Part shown: one piece after another, positions 19,901 to 30,200 of the stretch
Position numbering within the stretch: position 1 is the stretch's first letter
Layout: each line of letters begins with the position of its first letter
Assembly (NCBI GenBank): GCA_050331735.1
Contig: JBHJGN010000058.1
Coordinates: 1-61,974, forward strand
From: Cyanophyceae cyanobacterium
GTDB taxonomy: Bacteria; Cyanobacteriota; Cyanobacteriia; Cyanobacteriales; JBHJGN01
DNA: 61,974 nt
Direction of reading: 5' to 3'
Position numbers and translations under genes: made by a program
The notes under the pieces: model-generated
The model's input: only the letters and a program-made list of their open reading frames with translations
Database searches by the model: none
What the model was told of the DNA's origin: nothing

Positions 19901-22900
19901 CTGGTTGTCGTCGTATTTGATTTTTAGAGTAAAGTTTTTGGTAAAGCTTTGGGTCGGGGTTCCGTCGTCAGTAACAGTTATGGCTAAATCTAATGTGGTT
20001 TCGTTTTGCAATGTCAGGACTGGTTCACTCTTGATGCGAAGCTGTCCGTCAACGACTTCAAAGCGGTCGTCGTTGAAACTGTAGGTAAAGTTATCGCTGT
20101 CTGGGTCTTCTACAAGAATGGTGCTGATAGTTTGCCCCGCCGCTGGGTCAAAGACTACCTGAGTCTGATTAACGGCAGCCGGAAGATTAATTCTGACCGG
20201 AGCATCATTAACGGGCTTGATAGCGATGGCGGTCGATTCAACCACTTGCTGTAAATTTCCACGACCCGCGCCTAAATCATTAGCCGTGACGGTGAGGGTA
20301 TCTGAACCGCTGTAGTTGAAATTTCCTCGATACGTTATTCCTTCTATAGCCCCGTTTACATCAGCGACGGTTCCTTGCAAACTAACCCTCCCAGTGCCGT
20401 TTCCTGTAAGCTCTAAGAGGTTGTTGGTCGAGCCGATAGTGAGAGTCCCTTGCTCAACGGTCAAGGTGACTTGAACTCGGTCGGTAAAGAGTTGCCCATT
20501 AAGAGTGGAATCAAAGTCAACATCGCTGATCTCGATGCGGTTGTTATGAGCACGACCGAAGACTAGGGGGGTATCTTCATCAACTTCCTGTTGTGCCGGA
20601 ACGTCAATTACTGGAGCATCATTAACGGCGTTGACGGTAACGCTAATCAGAGTATCTTCAGCATCAAGGCTTCCGCCTGCGCCGCTATTTCCTAGGTCTT
20701 GCGTTGCGACGGTAATTGTGGTCTCACCATTAAAATTGGTTGTGGGGGTAAAAGCGATGCCGTTTAAGGCATTATTAATATTTTCAATGGTGCCTGTAAA
20801 GGCTAAAGTCCCGTCTGTTCCATCAGCATCCGAGAAAGTGATAGCCTCCGTGCCGCTGTTGAGACTGAGGATTCCGTCGGCAGCAGCTAGTGAAACTTGT
20901 AATTCTCGATTGTCAGCGTCAACATCGCTGACAGAAATTTGATTACTTTCTGTAAAGACCAGAACGTTGTCTTCGTCAACAGTCTGGGGTGGCGGCAGGG
21001 TATTAAGCGGTCGATCGTTCTCGGCAACGACGTTAATCTTGATCGTTGCTGGAACACTATTTTGACTGGTGCGATCGCCAAACCCGCCGCCGTCGTTAAC
21101 CGTTATAGAGATGGTGCGGCTCGAATGAGGAGTATCGGAAGTATTCTGATAGGTGAGGTTTTCGATGAGAGCTTCAACGGCTTCTAGAGTAGCGCCGCTA
21201 GTCAAGTTAACGACTAAATTTCTCCCATTGCGACCGTTATTGGCGACATCAACACTGCCAATGACCACGCCATTGAAGCTAACTTGACTCCCGTTAAAGC
21301 GAAGAGAACCACCATTCTCACGAATCGAAAGGTGGTTTTCTGCTCCCCCCCCTTGTTGATACGCAACGGTTAGATTCCCCCCGTCGAAATTTGGCGAATC
21401 CACATCCGTCAAGGTGACATTGCTATCGAAAACTTTTGCCTCTGTGTTCAGAGCGTTTTCTTGCAAAACAACCGAGGAATTTACATTGGTGAGTATCGGG
21501 CGATCGTTAACTCTAGAGAAAGAAATCTCGGCGGCTTCTTGAGCAGAGGAATTAAAACCATCATCGACTTCTAAAGAAAATGATGGGGCAGCTTCACTGC
21601 CATCATGGGTAAACTCTACTTTACCCGCGTTAATATCCTGTTGAGTAAAGCGAGAACTGACGATGCCATTCAGTCTGAATTGACCATGCTGAAGATTAGT
21701 GATGTTATAGGTAATCTGAGTAGGATCGCTATTGTCAATATCAGTGGTGTCAAATTGAGCAGGAGAAAGAAGCAGATTTTCTCCTTCTTTAATGGCCAAG
21801 CTGTTGTTGATGATTTGAGGCTGAGTAATAAAGCGAATAGAATTAATTCCATCCAGGCTCGCTTGATTAAACGAATACTTCAAGCCAGAACCATTGCTGC
21901 CATTTAAACCAATAGTCGCAGTAGCGCCATTGGCTAGACTGAGCTGATCGTAAACGAAATCTATATTATGACTACCTTGACGCAATATAGCTTGAAACGT
22001 GAGGTTGCTATTGGCAATATCTTCGCTGCTAAAGTTACTCCACTGAATAATCAAGCTGTTGTCAACTTGCTGGTAGTGAACCTGTCCTCCCGTCAAATCG
22101 TCCCAGAAAGGAAAAGCGGCATTGGACGGAACGTTAGGACTAGTGGTAGGCAAATTAGCGTTGTTGCTTCTCAACTGAGCTGTTCCGCTCTTAACAAAAG
22201 CTAAACCTCCATTTTCACCAATAATAATTTTGTCGGCAGTGCTATAGTCTGTACCGTAGAAATTGAAGTCGAAAGGTAAATCGACAGCGGCTTGCTGATC
22301 TCGAGGAATCGTAAGCTGAGTTCCACTGCTCCTAATATCATTGAAGGCAACCGTTCCTTGGCCGTCTAGTTCTTTGGAGTCATAGTATCGATATTTATTG
22401 TCGCTTCCTGTTCCCAATACTCCAGCATAGTTAGCTAAAAAATCTGATTCAAATGGCGCTGCTTGTTCGCTAGATTCTCCTATGCAAACATCTAAGTTCC
22501 AACTGCCACCTCGTCTCGAATTTCCTACTGGAGTGCTAGAAGCATATAATGTCGCTTTGGTAAGTTGATGGAGATTCTTTAAAAACTTCCTGCCAGCCTG
22601 TGTAGCCGCAACCCTACAGCTATAAAAGCTTAATCTCGGTATAGAGATAGAAGAATGTTGAAGCGATGGGAACCAAGCACCGATCTGCTTTGTGTACCTT
22701 GTCAAGGTGGAATGATCTAATTTAGCATTCCCTAAATACAGAGTTCCCGGTTCACCATGAGAAACAATATAAAGAGCCTGTAGATCTTCGTACTGAGCGA
22801 GAGTTTGCGTTATCTGGTCAACGCCGTCGATTTCTGGGCGCAATAGATAAACGGGAGAGTCTATGGCGAGATGTGATTTGAGCCTTTGAGGATCTTCTAC

Positions 22901-22972
22901 CCCGGCATCAATAAAGATTACGGTGGAACCTGACTGTACGCGAGGAGAGGTTGCAATTGTTTCTGAGGCCAC
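19127..22972 (-). CDS. Large surface/secreted protein: DUF4347, nidogen-like domain, cadherin/Ig-like repeats and four FG-GAP repeats
   Basis: DUF4347 (FIDAGV...VSHGEPG...YSC...GGSWNL); LPFDFNFYG...PFWDDL; FTQQDINAGKVEFTHDGSE; several VNDAP linkers; four GDFNxDGxxDLxWRN repeats. GTG start. Confidence 0.88.
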   Translation of the reverse strand: MASETIATSPRVQSGSTVIFIDAGVEDPQRLKSHLAIDSPVYLLRPEIDGVDQITQTLAQYEDLQALYIVSHGEPGTLYLGNAKLDHSTLTRYTKQIGAWFPSLQHSSISIPRLSFYSCRVAATQAGRKFLKNLHQLTKATLYASSTPVGNSRRGGSWNLDVCIGESSEQAAPFESDFLANYAGVLGTGSDNKYRYYDSKELDGQGTVAFNDIRSSGTQLTIPRDQQAAVDLPFDFNFYGTDYSTADKIIIGENGGLAFVKSGTAQLRSNNANLPTTSPNVPSNAAFPFWDDLTGGQVHYQQVDNSLIIQWSNFSSEDIANSNLTFQAILRQGSHNIDFVYDQLSLANGATATIGLNGSNGSGLKYSFNQASLDGINSIRFITQPQIINNSLAIKEGENLLLSPAQFDTTDIDNSDPTQITYNITNLQHGQFRLNGIVSSRFTQQDINAGKVEFTHDGSEAAPSFSLEVDDGFNSSAQEAAEISFSRVNDRPILTNVNSSVVLQENALNTEAKVFDSNVTLTDVDSPNFDGGNLTVAYQQGGGAENHLSIRENGGSLRFNGSQVSFNGVVIGSVDVANNGRNGRNLVVNLTSGATLEAVEALIENLTYQNTSDTPHSSRTISITVNDGGGFGDRTSQNSVPATIKINVVAENDRPLNTLPPPQTVDEDNVLVFTESNQISVSDVDADNRELQVSLAAADGILSLNSGTEAITFSDADGTDGTLAFTGTIENINNALNGIAFTPTTNFNGETTITVATQDLGNSGAGGSLDAEDTLISVTVNAVNDAPVIDVPAQQEVDEDTPLVFGRAHNNRIEISDVDFDSTLNGQLFTDRVQVTLTVEQGTLTIGSTNNLLELTGNGTGRVSLQGTVADVNGAIEGITYRGNFNYSGSDTLTVTANDLGAGRGNLQQVVESTAIAIKPVNDAPVRINLPAAVNQTQVVFDPAAGQTISTILVEDPDSDNFTYSFNDDRFEVVDGQLRIKSEPVLTLQNETTLDLAITVTDDGTPTQSFTKNFTLKIKYDDNQLNWNLSTIGDLNNDGRADLMWRNEATGQNAVWYMNGITRMDNVSLMQARNSDWKIKGTGDFNDDGLEDLIWRNSATGINAVWYMNGTERIGSDSFYQVRNLNWDIVSVGDFNGDDKDDLLWRNSRTGLNSVWYMNNTRRIGSANLDPVKNTDWNIKGVGDFNGDGSEDLVWRNGSNGLNVVWHMNQTQRIGSANLNRVSNRDWDIAGVNDFNGDNNPDLMWRNAANGKNAVWYMNGTTQIGSAFLDSVPNTDWAAIA

Positions 22973-23267
22973 AGCCGTTTTTTCCTCCAGATATTAGTCA
23001 ACCCAATTTATAAAATTGATGTAGGAAAAACACCTCTGTACAATCACATAAATTAGAAGAATATTCTTTTTATTTGCTCAGTAATCTTCCAGGTTAGTGA
23101 GAGTTGAGCAAGAGCTTTATTATTTCTTAAACATTGTTAGCTAATTTAGGGCCATTCTCTAGCTTTTTCATTAGTACTAGTAAAGCTGGCTCTCAATATT
23201 CTAAAGGGATCTGAAACGTTGATGACATAATACCAATTAGAAAAAGTAATAGGAGACTTAATGAGTT

Positions 23268-23327
23268 GGGGGAAAGGGGAAGGGGTCAAGGGGAAAGGGA
23301 AGCACAGCAGCTCTTTGCCCTTGAACC
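23268..23327. repeat. Short copy of the purine-rich heptamer repeat
   Basis: GGGGGAAAGGGGAAGGGGTCAAGGGGAAAGGG...CTCTTTGCCCTTGAACC forms an imperfect inverted pair. Confidence 0.65.
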
Positions 23328-23696
23328 TACAATGCTTAGTTAGTTTAAGGAACTATCTGACTACTTTCGGTAAATGGTGTAACATATCTTTACTTTTTTC
23401 TCGGCAATAATAGCTGACTTTACCAGGAACTCTGCGCGAATGCCTCGTTATCGCAGGATTTTGTCTCCTGTTGTCTCCGTCGTTGCTTGTTGCTAGCCGG
23501 AGTACTTAGTAATTGAAGATTGACCCTGTTCTTTAAGAAGCCTTGCAACCTACGGTTTGTACGGAATTAATACTAATTTACATAAATATTTCGGTATTTT
23601 TACTAAACCGCAAAGTATGACTATCTACTTAAATTGCTACAGATGTAAGCAGTTTATTTTTGATCGGTTCAAGCTGACCACTACAGGAGAAAAATC

Positions 23697-23945
23697 ATGG
23701 CAACGGTAAAGCAGAAAGTTTATCTAATAACTGAGCAGCAACGTAATGCATTGCTTAACTATCTTCAAAATCAACCATATCGTGAGGTTGCATTAGCTGT
23801 TCAGTTCCTGGCTAAAGCCCCTTCGAGCGAGATCAGCTTGGAGGCTCCCGATGAGCAAACAGAAAAAACAGTTGCTCAAGAGACCCCCCAAACAAACTTA
23901 AATTCTGAAAACTTGCAGCTAGAGGTAGTTGCTCCTGCCCTATAG
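23697..23945 (+). CDS. Small hypothetical protein upstream of the giant gene
   Basis: Good RBS (CAGGAG) before the ATG. Compact N-terminal motif LLNYLQNQPYREVA followed by an acidic, low-complexity tail. Confidence 0.75.
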   Translation: MATVKQKVYLITEQQRNALLNYLQNQPYREVALAVQFLAKAPSSEISLEAPDEQTEKTVAQETPQTNLNSENLQLEVVAPAL

Positions 23946-24091
23946 CAAGTGTCAATTAAGAATCAGGCTTCGACGTGTTTTCTACTTTTGAATTTTCTGT
24001 TTAATTCAGTTAACCTTGGGGTTCTATTTTATAGGCAAGCTATGGTTTGAATAAAAGTGGCAGACAAAAAATATAGTTTTCTTACACAGGT

Positions 24092-24141
24092 TCACTTTTG
24101 TACTACCCCTCAAACACCAGCTAGTACAAAAGTGATTTTTT
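24092..24141 (+). terminator. Intrinsic terminator-like hairpin
   Basis: Perfect 14-bp inverted repeat TCACTTTTGTACTA (24092-24105) / TAGTACAAAAGTGA (24122-24135), followed directly by TTTTTT. The stem is AT-rich and the loop is 16 nt, which is atypical. Confidence 0.6.
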
Positions 24142-24269
24142 GGTTTTTCTATCGATCAACTCGAATATTAGCAAGCAGTCGAGTACTGCGTTTTCATTTT
24201 GCCGTCTGAAAACGACGAACACTTATCTAAATCACCACCCATAGCCTGTCTTAAGTAAGGTAGAAAGCG

Positions 24270-27200
24270 ATGGATATTAACCAAGAAGATTGGGGCTTGA
24301 ATCTTCAAGAGCAGCCACTATTATCAAATCCGCTAACTGTTCAAGACTCTTTATCAGCTCTTGGTTTGCCAAAAACGGTTACTGGAGCGATGGATTTTCC
24401 AGACGCAGAGCTGTCTAATTCTTTTTTAAAGATAGTTGATGGGATTGAAGACAATCCTGCTATAAATGTTGATAGTGGATGGCTGTTTGAACAACAGCTT
24501 GGTCATGAAATTCTTGCTGAAAACTTAGCGGAAGTTGTAGTTGGGATTCAGGCTGAAGATTCTTTAGTTAATCCAGGAGCGATCGCCTATGAAGACAAGA
24601 GACAAGGCGCAGATAGTGGTAATATCCAGTTAGTTTTTATTGACTCTCGCATTGCAAGGTACGAAACATTACTAGCAGAAGCGGCACCCCATGCAGAAGT
24701 ATGGTTACTAGATGCAAATCGGGATGGGGTAGAGCAAATCAGTGAAACGCTGGCGCAACGAAAGGATATTGCAGCGGTTCACGTTATTTCCCACGGCAGT
24801 GAGGCCAGTGTACAGCTAGGTTCTAGTACGTTGAATCTAGAGACACTATCAGGCTATGCAGATATGCTGCGCCAGTGGGGTAAAGCCTTCACGGCAGATG
24901 CCGATTTGCTCTTTTATGGGTGCGATATCGCTGCGGGGGAAACAGGAAAAGCATTGGTGCAACAGTTGAGCCAACTGACGCAAGCCGATGTTGCGGCATC
25001 GGACGATCTTACGGGTCATACTGCGCTAGGAGGAGACTGGTCTCTAGAATATGCGGTGGGAGCGATCGCTGCCGACTCACTCACTAGTCAATATGAAGGG
25101 GTATTACTCGATCAACTCACCCTAGATGAACTCTACAGCGCTTGGCAAAACGATGACTTGCCCTCACTCGAAGCGATTGAACTCCGCTTCGACGACGCTA
25201 CCCTGATTCAAGGGGAGCTAAGTATTGCGGTCAACAACAGTAACGAGCTTCAGTTGACTGGAACCAGCTTGACTGGATTTGTCGGTCAAGGCATGGAGTC
25301 TACTGCCACCGATGACGATGTCGGTCTCAATTTCACGAATGCTGATGCCAGCATCACTTTCTCGGCTGACGGCAGCATCGCCTACGAATTTTCTGGGGCA
25401 GTCGCTTTGACGGGGATCGAGAATGTATCTTTGCAAGCCAGCACAGCAACCGCGACCAGCAGCAGCAACGGCACTCTAGTAAGCCTTAGTGATGTTCAAC
25501 TCGGCATCAGCGATGCTGCCCACATTCAGGTGGCGAATCTCCTCTATAGTGCTCAAAACGACCAAATTAGCCTAGAAGCCGACGAGATCAATGCGTTTGT
25601 TGGTGCAGGAGCTGCCACTGACTCTACCGATGACGACCAGGGGATTAGAGTGACCGATGCGGGGTTTTCCCTGACAATCAACGCAGATCGCACCTATACA
25701 TTCGATCTTAGTCCGGCGGCGAATACTTCTTTAGAGTTGGTCAATCTGCCCTCCGATTTGCAAGCACTGATAGTTGCAGCCGGAGGAGCAGGCTGGGCTT
25801 TTAGTGGAGGCAGCGATACTCAAACCTTTACCTTTAACGAGGTCGATCTCACCTTGGGTCAGGTGGGTCAATTACGAGGAGATTTTCGTCTAACGGTTTC
25901 AAAAGACAGTGACGGTTTTGAGCTAACACTACAGGGGGAGAATATTGATGTCTTTCTCGGACAGGGGGGAGAAACGGCAAACAGTCTCGACGATGCGGGA
26001 CTATTCATCAGCAACGCTGCTGTAAACCTAGCACTCGGTCAGCAAACCTACAGCTACAGCATTAGCCAGGGGAGTGTGGCGCTAGAGGGAATTGAGGGTG
26101 TGGTCGTAGAAGCTGATGGAGTCACGGCTACTGGGGATGCAGATGATGCAACCGTTTCTCTCACGGGGGTCACTCTCAACCTCGGTTCTGCCCGTCTGCA
26201 AGGAGAACAGCTTGATTTTACGACAACACAGACTGGCGATGGTCTGGCTGTCGGCTTTAATGCCGAGGAACTCTCGGCGTTTGTGGGGTCGGGGACAGAT
26301 ACCGACACTCTCGAAGACGATCTGGGATTGGCGATCGCTAATGCTAACCTGGCGCTGAATGTCGGCGCAGATCGTAGTTATGACTACAGCCTTAGCGCCG
26401 CTGCTGCTGAACTCCGAGGCTTGGGTGCAATTGACCTGATCGGCTCCAGCATTAGCGCTAGCGGCAACAACAGCACCACAACCGTCGATGTGGGAACTTT
26501 TGGGCTAACAGTTGGGGAGACAGCCAACCTGACAGGAAATGGTCTCCGTTTTACTGCCGACTCCGATAATCTGCTGTTTGGTGCCACTGGCGTTAACGCC
26601 TTCTTGGGAAGCGGCTACGGCACAGCCGATGTCCTCGGGGTGGAACTCTCTGGTGCTTCTTTGGGACTGGCTCTCTATGGTTATGGCAATGCCAAGCCGA
26701 AATACGCTCTTAAAGCCGCAGGTAACGCGGCTCTTCTGGGAGTTCAAGACCTGTCTCTGGCTGGCAGTCTGGAGCTAGCTGTTAATGCGACGGGCGAGGC
26801 AGTGCAGGAAGAAATCGCCCTGCAAAACGGCGATATCCTAGACCTGACCCTAGCCGATGGTGGGGTAGAAATTCCCCGTCTGGCAGGAAGTGTCGATTTG
26901 GCGATCGCTGATTTTGCCGAACTAAGCGGCGAGTTTGCCATTGAGCAGGCGATCATCGAGAACGGGGGGCAACAGCAAAGCCAGTTACTTATCGGTGCCA
27001 GCAATGTAGAGGCTTGGGTTGGGGATAAAGGAAACGATATTGGTGTCAAGCTCAGTGACGGCGAACTCGGTCTCTACGTCGAAAGCGGTGCTGATGACCA
27101 TTACGCCCTCAGTGCCAGCGGGACGGCAAGCGTTCGAGGCATAGCCGGGGTCAATTTGTCCGGCAGCATTGAACTAGAGTTGAACCGCTTGGGGCGGGAA

Positions 27201-30200
27201 ATTGCCCAAACGATCGTGACTCCCACTAGCCAAGTAGACCTTAGCTATAGCGCTGCTGAAGGCGAGCACCAGAAAATTACCGGGGAGTGGGAGTTGGGGT
27301 TAGCTGAATTTGCCGAGGTATCTGGTGAATTCGGCATCGAGCAAACGGCTGACGCGCTCCACATCGGCGGCAGGAATGTCGAAGCCTTTGTCGGCGAAGA
27401 TGCTGGTTTGCAGATCGACGATGCGGATCTGGGACTGATTCTGTATACCGCCCCCGATGCCGGATATGCTCTGCAAGGTCGCGGTCAAGCCTCGTTAATA
27501 GGCATGAACGACGTGACTTTAGAAGGAGATGTCGAGCTAGCGATTAACCGCAGCAGTCGAGCGGTTAATGAAATAGTGGCCATGCCGGGAGAAGATCTCC
27601 CCGTCGAGTTCGACTCTGGGGTAAACCTCACTCAAGTTCGCGGTATCGCCAATATAGATATCGCTGGGTTTGTCAGCCTCAACGGAGCCATGTTTCTTGA
27701 GAAGCAAACCCAAACCAGCGACGACCTCACCACAACTGACTTCTTGCTGGGCATTACCGATGGGACGGCGTTCGTCGGGAGTGACCAGGGCAGCGCTCAG
27801 GCGATCGGTGTTGAGCTGAACGAGAGCCAACTGGGATTAATTCTGAGCCAAACGCACAACGAAACCACCCAAGAAAGGACGCAGGGATTTGCCCTTCAAG
27901 GTTCTGGCGCTGCTGGTCTTATTGGTGTTGAAGAACTAGCTATCAGCGGAACCCTCGATGTCGCCATTAACCGTCTGGGCGAGGCGGTGAACACCACCAT
28001 TAACACACCGCAAAGCAGCATCACGGTAGACTTTGCCGACGGTAGCGAAGTAACAGCGCTCTCCGGTGAAGCCACCCTGGACCTAGGAGGCGTTGTCCAG
28101 GCTTCTGGAGATTTTGGACTTCAGAAAACGGTAACAACTGCTGAAAATCTAAGCGAAACTAAACTGCTGGTCGGGCTGGCAAACGCCAGGACATTTATTG
28201 GGGCTGAAGGAGGCACTGACGCTGCCTCCGGGATTGAGTTGAGGGATGGCGAGCTGGGCCTCGTTATCTACGGGGAAAGCGATCGCACAACGGGAACAAC
28301 CCAAAGCAGCTATGCCACAACCGCTAGCGGCACTGCGGCGCTGGTTGGCGTGGATGAACTATCCCTCGACGGCAGCCTGACGGTTTTCATCAACGAAACG
28401 GGAGCTAGCGTCAACGAAACGATTGCCGTTGGGACAGATAACACCGTCGAGGTAGTCTTTGACGACAGCCAAGGGAACCAACGGCGAGTAGAAGGCACCG
28501 TTTCTGGAGAGGCGGCTGGGGCGATCGCTTTTGGTGGGGACTATTCGATGGAGTGGTTCACCGAGCAGACCCCTGGCGCTCTTAATCTCAGCTCCACCCT
28601 TAGCGATCAAGAACTGACTTTCACTCAGTACGACACCACCTTCAGCGAACCCCTCTACCACTCCCTGCGCCAGATACTGGCAGACGAAAAGGCGCGGCTA
28701 GAGGCGGAACACTTAACGGTAAACAGCCTCAGCGCTACGGTGGATGGTGGAGCCTTTAACGAAGACTTCGTTGATACGGAGCGGGATTGGCTCACTTTCC
28801 AACAGCCCCACGGATGGTCAACGGGACAGCAACTGGTCTACTCGGTTGACGCGGACGGGACAGCGATCGGGGGCTTGGAAACTGGTCGGGAATACCGGGT
28901 CCAGGTCATCAACGATCAGCGCCTTCAGCTAGTCGATGCAACAGAGTCAGTTGTGGACCTCACCAGCGACGGTAGCGGCACCCACAGGCTACAAACCGTG
29001 CTCGACTTCAACGCCACGAACCAGATTGCGGTCGATCTTGACCAAGACCAGATATTCTTCAGCCAGCCCCACGGTCTCAGCAACATGAGCCGGGTGCAGT
29101 ACGACGCTGGGCAGAACGCCCCGATTGGCGGGCTAGAAAACGGAACCCAGTATACGGTGGAGGTGCTTGATGAGACCACCGTGAAGCTACGCACTCTCAA
29201 TGGAAGTGCAGTGGTAGACCTCACTGCCGACAGCCAAGGCGAGCATCGCCTGCATGGGGTGCTGTCCTTCCCCACCGAAAATGAACCGGGCAGCAGCGTT
29301 AGTGTTGATACCGATACGATCGCCTTTGAGTCTAAGCACTACCTGCAAACCGGAGACAGAATCCAGTATTACGACCCCTCAACCGGAGATCCTGTCGGCG
29401 GCACCTTTGATGCCCTCAGCGGCAGCTACGATGTCTTTCCCTTCACCGTCATTCGCATCAGCGATACGGAAATTGCCCTCGCCCGCAGTCGTGACGATGC
29501 TCTGGCAGGAACGGCTCTAGATCTGACGAGTTCTGGCAGCGGCACTCAGACGATAACCCTGATCGAGCGTAGCAACGGCGCTCGCGATCACCTGGTGTTT
29601 CATCCGGCCTCCAGCATCCAGTCCGTTACCGATGGCAAGATCTCCCTTAACTACACTCACGGGTTTCGCACCGGGCAGCGGGTGTCTCTTCAGCTTGACT
29701 CTACTGCTGCCACACCCAAATCTCCTCTAGACGGTATCGCTGCCAACAAGTACGATAGTCGTCCCCAGGTTTACGAACCAACAGAAGCGAACAGCTACGT
29801 GGTCAAAGTCCTCTCCAGTAAGTCCTTCCGACTGGCAGAAACCGCTGAAGACCTAGCAAACGGTAACTACGTAGATGTCGCCAAGCTGTCGGGGGGGTCG
29901 AGGTATCGATTTATGCCCACCTGGCACTTCGGCAACCAGGCTGGGCTAACGCGCGTTGACGTTCAAAATGATGCCATTGTTTTTGAGTCGAGTCACGGGC
30001 TAGCGGACGGGGCACAGGTGCGCTACGACCTCGATGCCAATCAGCGAGCGATCGCAGGACTAGAAGCCGATGAAACCTACACCGTCAAACGCCTCAGCGA
30101 CACCCAAATTCAGTTAACGGCTGCTCCGGGTGGCGCTGCCATCGATCTCACCGCTGCTGGGATTGGCACCCATCGCTTCTTAAAGCTAGGACTGTCTTTT

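Noticed and set aside
19082..22204. Plus-strand ORFs of 80-150 aa opposite the 1281-aa gene
   Set aside because: They are antisense shadows of the FG-GAP and cadherin repeats.
23000..23696. c-di-GMP riboswitch or NtcA site upstream of the surface-protein genes
   Set aside because: No convincing GEMM consensus was seen. The best NtcA-like match (GTAACATATCTTTAC) has N9 rather than N8 spacing.
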